A model generated the notes under the pieces. The model did no database searches and was not told where the DNA came from. It saw only the letters and a list, made by a program, of their open reading frames with translations. A stretch of DNA of 64,000 nucleotides, from assembly GCA_951406725.2 (NCBI GenBank), contig OX597825.1:70556001-70620000 (forward strand). Reading direction: 5' to 3'. The position numbers were made by a program, and so were the translations under genes. This stretch comes from Octopus vulgaris (taxonomy: Eukaryota). This document shows, piece by piece, positions 26,256 through 39,416 of the stretch (its first letter is position 1; each line of letters starts with the position of its first letter).

Positions 26256-28068
26256 CTGAAAATGCATAGAGCACAAGGAAATATTTGGAAGATCAAAGTC
26301 AAATAGAACAAGCTAAAATGTAGCCAGCAGTGTAGGAGAAGAGAAGTGTTTGCATGAGCCATGTTAGTATGCTACATGAAAACCAGGTGAGAATGAGAGA
26401 GAGAAGAGACAGCGAGAGAAGATGGGGAGGGAGAGAGGGAGGGGAGGGGAAAAAGGAGAGATAGAAAGGAAAGGAGGGAGAGTGGTAGAGAGAGGGTAGG
26501 GGGACAAAGGAGATGGAGAGACAGACAGAGAGACAGACAGAGAGACAGAGACAGACAGACAGACAGAATGAGTCTTAAGTAAGAGTTTGAGGTTTTTTGC
26601 TGAAAGATCATGAAGAGAAGAAAAGAAATTTGGTTAGAAAATTCTCTAAGAGCACCAAAGAAACAGTTTCAATCAGATCAAGAATGGTATGGAAGCAAGG
26701 CAAGAGCAGAAAGGTACAGATCTATCATTTGCCATTCTAGTTGAAGCTGAAAGAAACACAGAGAGACAGACAGACAGATAGATATTTGCACAGGAAGATG
26801 AATTCATGATAACTAATGTCTTTTAATTCTTCATTCATTTTTAGTTTCATAGTAGTTTATAGTCAGCCGAGTGGTCAGTTCATGATGGGTTGTACCTATA
26901 ACCCAACACACCTCAAGATCAATACAAACATGCAGCCAATTGTTACTCAACGGAAACTTTGGCAATGTACTTCAGTGTATAAATATGACTTAAACATACA
27001 TAAATTATACTCTTTTACTCTTTGACTTGTTTCAGTCATTTGACTGTAGCCCTGCTGGAGCACCGCCTTTAGTCGAGCAAATCGACCCCAGGACTTATTC
27101 TTTGTAAACCTAGTACTTATTCTATCGGGCTCTTTTGCCGAACTGCTAAGTTACGGGGACGTAAACACACCAGCATCGGTTGTCAAGCAATGTTGGAGGG
27201 ACAAAAAACAAACATATATATATATATATACATATATATGACAGGCTTCTTTCAGTTTCCATCTACCAAATCCACTCACAAAGCTTTGGTCGACCCAAGG
27301 CTATAGCAGAAGACACTTGCCCAAGGTGCCACGCAGTGGGACTGAACCTGGAGCCACATGGTTGGTAAACAAGCTACTTACCACACAGCCACTCCTACGC
27401 CTATTATATACTTTCATATACTTAATTAACTAAGCAATTAACTCTCTAGCATTTAAACCAATCGTATCTGGCTTAAATATTCTCCCCGTCTTATACTCAA
27501 GCAGGCCAGGAACAGCTTCTCACTCATAACCTACAATGACATCATCGAATTCTCAAAGCTACAAGATAATGAATGATTAATTGAAAATAATGTGATTAGA
27601 TAAACATAACATTTGATAGAGTAATTTGAATGCTAAAGGGTTAGATCTGATAATCTTTACGAGATGGATCATACTTAACATTGTGTAATTATCTCAATGT
27701 TGTATTTAATAATTAAAACGTTTGCAAAGAGAAATTAATTTAGTAAATTTAATGAAATCAAATTTATGATCCGAAGGGGAAAAGAAATCAAAAATGAAAA
27801 TGAAAAAGAGATATATTTAATAATTATTTTCCCAAAACACTACAACTATTTTTAGCTGAATATAGTTTTTAAAGAACTAATTTAGTTTCAAATTTTATTA
27901 TTAATAGAATCAAATATAAATGTTCTGTTTTGTATAATAACAATATATTACAGTAAGCCAATAATTCTTTACTACTCAAAACAGAAATTCTAAGATTATT
28001 ATATTCTATAAAGGCATCACCAAGTGTATTGTTTTTGGCATTATTTTGTCTTAGAAATTTATTTCTGA

Positions 28069-28447
28069 CTAGAGTATCGCCGGCGTTGCTCAGGTTTAAG
28101 GAAATAACTATAAAGCATTTTTAGAGAGTTATAGCCAAAAAATAGCAAAAAAATGGGAAAAAAATGATGGTAAATTTTTTTGAGAGTTAAAAAAGGTAGA
28201 GTTGCGTCCCCTAGACGGTCTGTGGTTTGGGTTTCTAATTCTCGACCCCATGTCGAATTTATCGATTTTTTTCAGAACTGGGGGAACTTTTCAAAATTTT
28301 CGCTGCGTTAGTTTTGAATTATGACATTAGGCTATGTGTGTGTCAAGTTTCATCAGAATCGGTTGAAAGCCGTGGTCAGAGTGAGGGTACGAGAAAACAG
28401 ACACACAGAAACACGCACAGACAAACTGCCGTTTATATAGAGAGAGA
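28069..28447 (-). mobile_element. Non-autonomous Helitron-like element
   Basis: On the minus strand A|TCTCTCTATATAAA ... cctgagcaacgccggcg ... CTAG|T; ends related to 7345-7745. Confidence 0.7.
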
Positions 28448-28489
28448 TTTATTATTTTGTGTTGTCCAAAAGTAGATGGTTTCATAATG

Positions 28490-29095
28490 TAACAAATTTG
28501 ATAATGCATAGCTGGCCTGACGAGTAGCTGATAGTTTGACAACAGATTGTCAGAAAGGGGACAGGTGGCTTGACAATTGATGAATAGTATGTGAATGAGC
28601 AGATGATTTGACAAAGAACAAATGGACTGATAACAGATAGATAGTTTGGCAACAGCTTGACAGTGGACAGTTAGTTTAATGACAGCTTAACAATGGACAT
28701 ATAATCTGACAAGAGACAGATACAATGATAATGGACAGATGATTTGACAACAGACATAAATTGACAAACATCAATAGACAAATAGATAGGTAATACATTG
28801 ACAATGGACATATAATTTGACAAGAGACAGATAATTTGACAAAAGATAGGTAGTCTGACAACAGAAAATTGACACTGTACATATAATTTGACATGACACA
28901 AATAATTGACACTGGACATATAATTTGACATGACACAGATAATATAATAATAAATAGTCAGACACTGAAGAATTGGACAAGGGACAAACAGTTTGACACC
29001 ATGCAGAATATTTTGACAATGGACAAACATTTTAAAAATAAACATGTATTTTGAGAATAGACAGACAGTTTGACGATGGGTAGTTAGTTTGATAA
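28490..29095. repeat. Degenerate minisatellite, ~18-20 bp unit
   Basis: Recurring acagataatttgaca. Confidence 0.8.
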
Positions 29096-29870
29096 GATAA
29101 TGTAAAACCTTTAGTCCAACAGTGCACTCATTAAAGCCACACAGCAATGTATTTGCACATACATTTTAGATTAAAATTTAAGTTTTGTGGAACTGTCAGA
29201 GTTAGATGGTCTTTAAGCAGGATCTACCTTTGTGTAAGTTATTTAGAAAACTAAAATCTAACGTAAATAAGAAATTCTAAAAAGGGAGTAGGAAAAAGAA
29301 AAAACAGTTCTAAAGATGTTATGAATGGAAATATAAAGAAGAAGTAAAAGGAAGTTTCTGAAATCTTCAGAATGCATTTGATAAAGCAAGAATGAAACTA
29401 AAGATAAGTGAAAAATCCAAAACACTCACAACAAGCGTAAAGAGAAAACTACACAGGCATTATTATTGAAAGAAAGTTAAAAAAGAAAGAAAAAAACAGA
29501 GGGAATAGTACCAATATTATTATTATTGAAAAAGAAATTATTAGTCAATAAAAATGTGCATCAGGCAACAAGGTTGTGGTAATATGAAAGAGCGTCTATA
29601 TTTCGTTTTGAGGTAAAAATATGAGACAACTTTTATTCATTATTTTTTTTTTTAAAAGAAAAAAATTTCTCATTGAAGAAGTTCAAATTTCTGAAAGTTA
29701 GTTCTAGCTTCTCCAATAATTCTATAAATACTTCTTTTTTTTTCTTTCTCGAGAAATATCGACATTATCACAATCAGTAAAAGATATAAAATATTTTTTT
29801 GAAAAAAACTGGTATACAATATAAAATATAATATATTTTATTGGATAAGGCATACATGAATTGAATCTAG

Positions 29871-29907
<37 letters not shown>

Positions 29908-30205
29908 AATACACACACATATATATATACACATATACACACATATATGTGTGTGTATGTGTGTGCATTCTGTTATCTCTCAGCAGAGGATGGACAATGG
30001 ACATAGCTGTCTTTGTCTTCCCAAAAGAGTTTATATACCCAAAAGTAATTTGCGGTATGCCATATATCACAATTTATAAAAAGCTAGCAATTATGAAATC
30101 TGGTAAGCAAATTCACTTAAAAAGAAAAAAACCTGTGCCTTTTGCATCATGCAAAGATGTGTGTTTTTTTTTGAGCTTTTTTTTCAAATCAGCACGAAAG
30201 CAGAA

Positions 30206-30207
<2 letters not shown>

Positions 30208-30286
<79 letters not shown>
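30208..30286. repeat. (AAT)n microsatellite; others at ~11010-11092, 23451-23514, 30528-30591, 30824-30868
   Basis: Directly visible. Confidence 0.95.
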
Positions 30287-30288
<2 letters not shown>

Positions 30289-30534
30289 TATTAATGAAAT
30301 TGTATTAAAGTTTTTGATTTAATAAAAAAAAACAATTTAGAAACTACACTACAAAGGAAATCTTCATCCAAAACAATCAATTCAAACAAAGCGGAGTCTA
30401 AAATGTAAGGAAAGTAAAAAAAATATGATGGTGGGGAAGAAGACGAAAAAGGAAAAATCTTACTGATCGTTTGATCTGGAAGATAGAAAACAAAAACGGA
30501 AAACACAACAGTTATATTTTTATATATAATAGTA

Positions 30535-30592
<58 letters not shown>

Positions 30593-30823
30593 CCGAAATA
30601 ATTTTGAGTCAAGAAGATAACGACAACAACAATAATAATGATAGTAATGATGATAATAATAATAATGATGATGATAATGATAATAATAATAATAATAGAT
30701 GAAGCACGCAAACAGGAGGAGTCTATACTCCTCTAATCTCCACTAAAACAAGAATACAATGAGGCACACACATCAGAAACATGGAGGTGTACCAGAAACT
30801 GTCAAACAACAACAACAATAAAT

Positions 30824-30865
<42 letters not shown>

Positions 30866-31081
30866 TAATGTTAGATTTCAAGGAATGAAATTCTAAATTG
30901 AACATATATATATATATATATTATATACATATATTGGCCTGCTCGCTTAGCCAGCGGGGTGGCGTCATTTGGAGGCTACTAAAACAATGCGAAGCGCATT
31001 GTGACCAGCGATATGTAGCAATATCTGATAGCCTGGTCGGTCACGTGATATACACACATATATATATATATGTTCAATTTA

Positions 31082-31173
<92 letters not shown>

Positions 31174-31195
31174 ATGTATGTATGTATGCATCATC

Positions 31196-31226
<31 letters not shown>

Positions 31227-32039
31227 CATACATACATACATACATACATACATACATACATACGTGTGTGTGTGTGTGTGTAAATAAACACATACACACA
31301 TACATACATATACGGTGATAAACATTAATGAAAAGACCAGCTGCAGTATTATGTCTTAAAACTTTGAAAATAAGCTACATCGCATTTAAACCATTAGGAT
31401 GTGAGTGGTTATGCATAATATTGATTTCTAATATAGGCATAAGGCCACACCCTTTTTTTTGGGGGGGGGGGGGGGTTCACAGACAAGGGAGTAGATTACT
31501 GTCCCCTCCTTGCCACCATCACCAATACTTAACTGCTACATATATAATACGGATATCTCACCCCTGACAAGGTTTTTTAACTCAGAATGTAAAGGGAAAT
31601 AAATCGTCTGACCACTAAACTGTTCTCTAATTAATTCTCATAAAAATCAAAGTTAATTAATTAAGCAGAACTCTCATGTTGTCATCAATCTCATGAAATG
31701 TGAATAAAGCTTCTAATTTCAGCGTGGGTGCTCAAATGTAGATTGTCTCAATCGAGTTGATATTAACCCTTTTACTGCAGAAATCAGATATACTTTCTCA
31801 AAATTCCTTTTCCTTTTTTTAACTGTGGAAAGCAGTCTTATATACCAGTCTACGTTATGTTGGGGTAGGCCATGTTTGGAACCAGTTTTGTTGAGATACA
31901 TCAATACAACTTGCATAATTTACCAATTCCATTTTTCAGTAGATATCTAATGATATTACTGAAATAACTATGAAAGTTAATTATATTTCGTTTTGGGATT
32001 TGGTTTGCAAGGTTCTTTATATGAGTTTGTGTGTTGAAG

Positions 32040-32289
32040 CATATTCTGTTGTGTCTGGGGAGAGTTATTTTCTTTTTGTGCCTTATAATGTAACACACTC
32101 ACTGGTAAAATTTCCATTTATTTCTTATTTTTATTTTCCTAAAATAGTCAAGACTATTGAAAAGGTTGCAAGACGCAACGAAAATTTTAGGAAAATAAAA
32201 ATAAGAAATAAGTGGAAATTTTACCAGTGAGTGTGTTACATTATAAGGCACAAAAAGAAAATGACTCTCCCCAGACACAACAGAATATG
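32040..32289. repeat. Long inverted repeat (fold-back element), arms ~105 bp
   Basis: catattctgttgtgtctggggagag...cctaaaat and its near-perfect reverse complement. Confidence 0.9.
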
Positions 32290-33153
32290 AAAGTTAATTT
32301 TGCAGATAAAGCGTTTAAATGGTAAAGTAAAGCCGGTAGATACAAATTCATTCGAGAGGAAGAATGAGACAAAGTGATATTTATACCTCGAGAGTCAAAC
32401 ATTGCAAACCAATAAGTTGATGAAAGTTATTAATCCAAAAATAGAAAAGTACCGGTTACCATAGCAACGATAACACTGCACAGATTCTAACCCCCGCCCC
32501 ACCCACCGCATCACACAAAGCAATCAATCATCTTCACTGAATTCTATTCTTGGTCTTTTGTTATCATGATGTGTATGTGTTTACTTTTGATATTTCATGA
32601 CCACTGCCACCCACGCTTACAAGGATGCAGTAGAATAGAATGGCTTCTGCTGACTTGGACAACAGAATATGGTCGTTGATACTATTTCGGGAGTGGCTGC
32701 CCCCTACCCCACTCTGTCTCTTTCCATAACATCCAATACTCAACATCACTATTATAATCATCATCATTTAAGGTCTGTTTTCCATGCTGGCATGGGTTAG
32801 ACACTTTTACATGGAGCTGACCAGCTGGGACCTATCCAGACCCTAACTGTCTGCTGTGGCATGGTTTCTACAGCTGGATGCCCTTCTTAATACTAAGTAC
32901 AAATCTACCATGAGCATGTACGCTCATGAGACTCATGAGGTCAGGACATAGCTAGACTATTAAGGTGTTTAAGGAACTGAGAATACAAGAATGGGACTTA
33001 TTTGCAAGGCGAACCCTCACCTCTGGCTACCATTAACACCCATTTTTAGTTAAGTGCATTGGGGTCATGAGCTGCCTGGTGCAAAATCTTGAACTCTTGA
33101 TCTAACAACTATGAACTCAACATTTTTACCAATAGGCCAAAATACAAAACTCC

Positions 33154-33366
33154 TGCCGTTCAAGAATTTGGACCTGGAGATCTCCATTTCCAGCGACTTC
33201 AAGGGCCACCTCCCAGTGGCATTGGGCATCAAGGAAGAGCCCTCGACTACAATAAGACAACCAAAGTTTTTTTTTCCCCCCACAAGGTCTGGAGTCTCCT
33301 GCCCCTAAGCCCTAGACCATCACCTAATCACCCTTACCCGTCTTGTTGCTTAACAACAACAACAAC
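33154..33366 (+). mobile_element. Short (AAC)n-tailed retroposon, copy 1
   Basis: TSD aatacaaaactcc (33141-33153 and 33367-33379); AAC tail; homologous to 60040-60249. Confidence 0.8.
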
Positions 33367-33640
33367 AATACAAAACTCCTTGCTGAACAAGATGTTACCC
33401 TATCAGGGTGCTACTCCCATTTTCCACTGGCACTCAATTTCAGATGAATGGATTGGGGCAACATGACACCCAATCTAAGAATTTGAACACACATCCCCAC
33501 AATTGGGTGCCCAACATCTTAGCCACCAGACCAGACTAGACCAGACACGAGCAACCTTTGTTGAGAAGCGGGCCAAATGAAACATTGGCTTGTCATCAGG
33601 TGAGCCACATTATTAAAGGAAATTCAAAATAATTTTTCCC

Positions 33641-34100
33641 TGAGTGTGTTATTCACAAAATGCCACAAGTTAATGTTTGTCAATAGCTTCAAGGACCTTG
33701 TGCCTTAACTCAACACTAAATAGAATGGACAACAGGAAATTCACAAGATTTCAACTAAAATTTAGCTACATCAGAAGATGGCAGACAGGTGAAATACTTA
33801 ATCAGAAACAAATTATTGTCTCCCAGGAAAATCTACATTCCCTCTATTATTACAGCAGGCCAACAATTCGAGATAATTTTTTATTGAGTGTGTTATTCAC
33901 AACGTGCCACAGGTCACAATTTGCCAGGACCTTTCGCCTTAACTCAACACTAAATAGGACAGGTAACATGAAATTCACAAGATTTCAATCGAAATTTAGC
34001 TACATCAGAAGATGGCAGACAGGTGAAATTCTTACTTAGAAACAAATTATTGCTTCCCAGGAAAATCCACAGTCCCTCTATTACACCAGGTCAACAATTT
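33641..34100. repeat. Tandem duplication, ~244 bp period
   Basis: tgagtgtgttattcacaa...aaatttagctacatcagaagatggcagacaggtgaaat occurs twice, starting at 33641 and 33885. Confidence 0.85.
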
Positions 34101-34735
34101 ATATTGTGAATAACATTGTTAATTAGCGGCAGTTATTATAATTAACAGCAGCGTTCTGTTATCCTAGGAAGGATATTGTTTATGAAATAATAAAATAAAT
34201 GGAAAATAGAATAGCAAACAAAAAAGACAGAAAAGGAAGAAATTTGTTAAAATGACTCAGATATGTTTCAGTGATGTAGAGATATTACACTACATATATA
34301 TACATATATACGTGTGTGTGTGTGCTATATGTAGATTCACACACACATACACACATATATATATGTAAATAGATTGACAGACAACTACATACATACATAC
34401 ATACATACATACATACACATTAAATAATAAAAGAGTGTAGCGCTTTCCACGAAATAACACGGAAGTGCTCAATATACAGAGCAAATATCAAAGTTCAAGG
34501 AGGGTGAGAAAACAGATTAGTTTATTATCCTCCTCGTCTGGGCAATACATATTCGAAATGAGAGTATTATCAAACATATACACATATTTTTACTACATAA
34601 TCACAAGGTGGGGCAATCACAATATAGATATACATAAAATTATATTTTATGTTTTCTTCCCTGTTTTCTCCCACCTTGAATTTATATATATATGTGTATG
34701 TATATATATATATATATATATATCACAACCTTTGA

Positions 34736-34778
<43 letters not shown>

Positions 34779-35429
34779 GTATACAAGAGGTTGGAATTTC
34801 TTTGAATCTAATATATATATATATATATATATAGATACAGAAGAAGAGAGAGAGAGATCAATGATAGTAGTCATCTTCAAGTACAAATCGATAGGTCAAC
34901 CAATATTATATAACAGTAGTATTAGTATTCTTTGTTGTTGTTATTGTACAGATATTTGAAAATGTAAAAAGAAAACAAAGTTAACAATAAAGTAATTTAT
35001 ACAGTTTTAACAAGATAATTAAAGAAACTTTGAAAAGAACAATAAAGATTCAAGAGATGCTAAAAGAAAGAGAGAATATAATATTTAATGCTGAAATGGG
35101 TATTTTATGGTGCTTTTGACAGTTATTTATAAGTTTTTTGGTTTTTTTTTTTAATTATTAGTCAAAGGAGATGAAGGATCATGGTCCATCGTTGCCCAAT
35201 ACTGGTGACAATAATGGATTGCTGTTCAGTTTGAGTGTGTTGTAGAGCTGGAGAATGTCAGCTAAGACAACTGGAAAGCAAAAGAAGAGGATTTCTGGAA
35301 GATGGCAAAGAGCCCCTGAGGATAGAATGATTGAAAACAGTGTTTAGAAAGAATGTACCCTTCTCATCACATCCCCAAGAGGAAGAGATGAGTTGAGGAA
35401 CAGTAGAAAGGGTGAGAGTGAGGAATGAG

Positions 35430-35532
35430 TCAGGGGCTGAATACATCAAGAGGTGGTATGCAGATGGCTGGTTCAAGAGAGCAGATGCCATTACAGTAGC
35501 AGTTGAATACATAGCAAGAGGACACAGTATAC
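35430..35532 (-). CDS. Candidate alternative terminal exon (RYTVSSCYVFNCYCNGICSLEPAICIPPLDVFSP*)
   Basis: Acceptor attattaacag|G; phase-2 frame open for 33 codons to TGA; followed by unique then U-rich sequence resembling a 3'UTR. Confidence 0.4.
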
Positions 35533-36335
35533 CTGTTAATAATTACTTCGTATCTAACGAAAACTTATATATGTGTGTTTGTGTGTATGTATGTGTGTAC
35601 ATGTGTGCATACGCATGCATGTCAATTACATCATCATCATCATTTTAATGTCCACTTTTCCAGGTTTGCATGGGTTGGATGGAGTTGATTTGAAGCATAT
35701 TCTCTATGGCTGGATGCCCTTCCTGTCACCAACCCATACCTGTTTCCAAGCAAGGTAATATTTTCCTATGGGCGAGACGTGTCCTCGCAGAACGTTGAAA
35801 CTGAGTGACCCTGCAGTTATGACAGTGATGCTCATTTACAACCAGCACACAATCATCATCATCATCGCTTAACGTCCGCTTTCCATGCCAGCATGGGTTG
35901 GACAATTTAACTGAGGTCTGGCGAACCAGATGGCTGCACCAGGCTCCAATCTGATCTGGCAGAGTTTCTACAACTGGATGCCCTTCCTAATGCCAACCAC
36001 TCCGAGAGTGTAGTGGGTGCTTTTATGAGGGCCAGTGAGGCGGTACTGGCAACGGCCATACTCACATGTTGCTTTTCCATTTTCTTTCTACTAAATTCAC
36101 TCAAAAGGCTTTGGTCAACTCAAAACTATAATAGAAAACAATTGCCCAAGATGCCATGCGGTGGAACTGAACCTACAAACATGTCCACCCCATATCAGCA
36201 TCGAAATCAGACATGAAATGATAATGACAATGTATCAATCTATTTACAGCTAAATTTACAAATTTCTAAATGAATCTGGATCATGTTTTAATTTTCTCAG
36301 AACCTAAGCCGATAACAGATGCTTGGAACATTTAC

Positions 36336-36365
36336 GAACTTGTAAGCATCTATGAGTGGGTGTAG
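36336..36365 (-). CDS. Candidate 30-nt microexon with an in-frame TAG (SYTHS*MLTS)
   Basis: attttgccttttccag|CTACACCCACTCATAGATGCTTACAAGTTC|gtaaat: strong acceptor with TGC, weaker donor. Confidence 0.35.
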
Positions 36366-36646
36366 CTGGAAAAGGCAAAATACTCAATGGAAACTTCAAT
36401 AATGGAATGAGGGCATGTGTCAGTCTGCATATAGTAACTTCTCTGAACACCTGCTTTAAGAGGTGCCCATCATTGCCACATCTGTGCAAAAGAGAGTAAG
36501 TCACTAGAAGGACTAGAAAGCCACTTCCATACTGGTTTCAGAGAACAATCAATCAATGACATTGCTTGAGATCAATTGGCAACTATTAAGTGAGCATGTG
36601 TGTGTAGATAAGTGTATATGTGTGTGCGTATGTGCACATATACATT

Positions 36647-36692
<46 letters not shown>

Positions 36693-36706
36693 TATATATA
36701 TATATA

Positions 36707-36858
36707 CAGCCATAGCCAAAAGTTCAGAACATATTTTTAAAGATCAAAATTATGTTCAAGTGCAATTTGATTCAAATATATACGACGTATATATTTGAGC
36801 TTTTAATTTCAAAAATTTAAATTTTCAGACCTATGTTCCAAACTTTGGGCCACAACTG
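36707..36858. mobile_element. Tc1-like MITE
   Basis: Imperfect TIRs cagccatagccaaaagttcagaacat / atgttccaaactttgggccacaactg within TA repeats. Confidence 0.55.
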
Positions 36859-36870
36859 TGTATATATATA

Positions 36871-36913
<43 letters not shown>

Positions 36914-37721
36914 TATATAAAATATTATTCAGGGGTGCATATTCCAGGTGTGCTAGGTGTGCACAAATTCATTATAATTATTAACCGTACTCGTTAATTT
37001 AATCACAAATCTGAATGGAAAACTTTTGTTATACCCCTGCTTGAAATTTGGTGGTAATGGTTGTGGCAGCACACCCAATATACAACCACCAGCATACACC
37101 AATGATTATACTATATAAAGAATTAATGAAGGAAGACAGTGAGTCCTGTAAAAGAAATACTATTAATATGAACGATGAAGGAGAAAAAGAACAATGAATA
37201 AGAAGAAAAGGAACGCTAGAAATATTTTGCGAAGTCAGGTGGGGAAGAAAAGAAAACAGTTAATTAGTCTAAAATAAGAAACAAAGGAAGAAAATAAACC
37301 TTCCCCCTCCCCACCATTCCAAACTGGATTCTTTTTGAACTGTGAAAATTTATATTGAAAATTCCAAGGGTTTACTCGGAAGTAATTAAAGGGGGTGTCT
37401 ACGTAATTTTAGCTTGGAAAAACGAACCATTGTTGGAATTTGTTCGTGAAATCGGGGTCAATGAAAATATGTATTTTTATTTTTTGCTGTTTATTTGTTT
37501 CAGTAGTTTGGACTGTGGCCATGCTGGGGCTCTGGCTTCAAGGGTTTTAGTCGAATGGAGTGACCAGAGTATGCTTCTTTTAAAGCCCGGAATTTATTCT
37601 ATCACTTCTTTCAATGAACTGCTAAGTTATGAGGATGTAAACAGACCAACACAGGTTATCAAGTTGTGGTGGGGGGACAAACACAAACACACATATGTAT
37701 GTATGTACGTATGTATGTATG

Positions 37722-37774
<53 letters not shown>

Positions 37775-38951
37775 TATATATATATACATATATACACATA
37801 TATATATACAACAGACTTCCACAGAGTTTTCGTCTACTAGATTCACACAAAATGCACTGGTTGGCCCAGGGTTACTGTAAAAGACACTCACCCCCAGGAG
37901 TCACACACTGGGATTGAACCCAAAACGACAAGGTTGCAAAGGTGACCTTTTTAACCACACCGTCATGCCTGTGCCTATATATATTTTTGCCGAATGTCTT
38001 TTTTTATTAAAAATATATTCAAATATGTTTTTCAAAAAAATGTATTGTTGCTGTTATCATTTAACCCCAGGCCAACCAAAATCAAGTAGATTTATGATTA
38101 AAGGCTCTCCAGCCTTGACTATCCTGTCTTTGAAAGGCTATGTGATAACATATATAATGTCGTGGTCCATAAATATATAAGGCGAGCTGGCAGAAATGTT
38201 AGCACGCTGGGCGAAATGCGTAGCCATATTTCATCTGCTGTTATGCTCTGGGTTCAAATTCCGCCGAGGTTGACTTTGCCTTTCATCCTTCCGGGGTCGA
38301 TAAATTAAGTACCAGCTATACAATGGGGTCGATGTAATCGACTTAAATCTGTTTGTCTGTCCTTGTTTGTCTCCTCTGTATTTAGCCCCTTGTGGGTAGT
38401 AAAGAAATATATATATATATACACACACATACACACTCACATATTTGTATATACAGACACACTCATATATATATATATATCACAAAAACTGGGTAACTTG
38501 GAAACTAAACCTTATGGGTCCATAGGGTTTGAGAAGGATGCTTTTCATCATGTTACCCACCACTACTACCACCACTCAAAAATAAAAAGAAATAGAAAAG
38601 AAATTACAGTTCCCACCCATACACATACACGCACATATATACACATTGAGATTGTCCTTGCAATTAGCAGGCAAAACCTTTCTGTAAGTTTCAAAAACAG
38701 TTAACATGGGAAATAACTCTTTTGCGTAAATTCTAAAACTGGAAGCAAGGGAGATAACTTTAATAAAATCAGTTAACTGAAATTTTGCAAGGTATAGAAA
38801 AGGCAGCATGGGAGTTAATCATACACACATATATGCACCCACATACATACATAAGTAATAGAATATAATATTAATGTTCGGGAAGTTTCAAAAAGAATAC
38901 CAAGTTTGGAATTTGAGGTGAGGAGCCCTGAAACATGCATATGTACATTAC

Positions 38952-39005
38952 CTCTGATCATTACAAAATAATCGTGAGTAGTCAAAACGCTGGTCCAAAA
39001 ATGAA
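38952..39005 (-). CDS. Probable cassette exon, 54 nt (SSFLDQRFDYSRLFCNDQR)
   Basis: Acceptor ctcttattttgtgcag and donor GAG|gtaatg; phase 2-2, open frame; TGCATG just downstream (38939-38934). Confidence 0.6.
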
Positions 39006-39370
39006 CTGCACAAAATAAGAGTGAAATGAAGATACATATTTTAGTAAAGGGGGTTGAGAACTTCAATGGAAAAAAAAACTAAACATTCTGGTTGGTTACA
39101 CAGTTAAAACGCTACTGAATTTCATAATGACCCTATCCATATTGCAGCTAAATGCTGAGATTCCTGTTTGTATAAATGGTTTGAAATAACGCTGAAGGAA
39201 AGAGGAATCAAATTTATCCGAGGAATACACAAAGAAATGGTATCAGTGTGTTTCAATGCTCTGAGGCAATATATCCTAGTCTCTTCATGGATTATGTCAA
39301 TTCTGACGAAAGAAAATTTCTTTGAATAATTAGGGACATTCCTATAATGAGAGATCTTTCAACATAATAA

Positions 39371-39416
<46 letters not shown>

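Noticed and set aside
26715-26775. Isolated strong acceptors (also near 37146, 37269, 53277)
   Set aside because: Pyrimidine tracts are ubiquitous here; no good donor and only very short frames.
39295-39345. CTGACGA...GAAT hammerhead-like motif (similar at 47440-47480 on the minus strand)
   Set aside because: GAAT replaces GAAA and helix I does not register; probably Penelope-like debris, not callable as a ribozyme.
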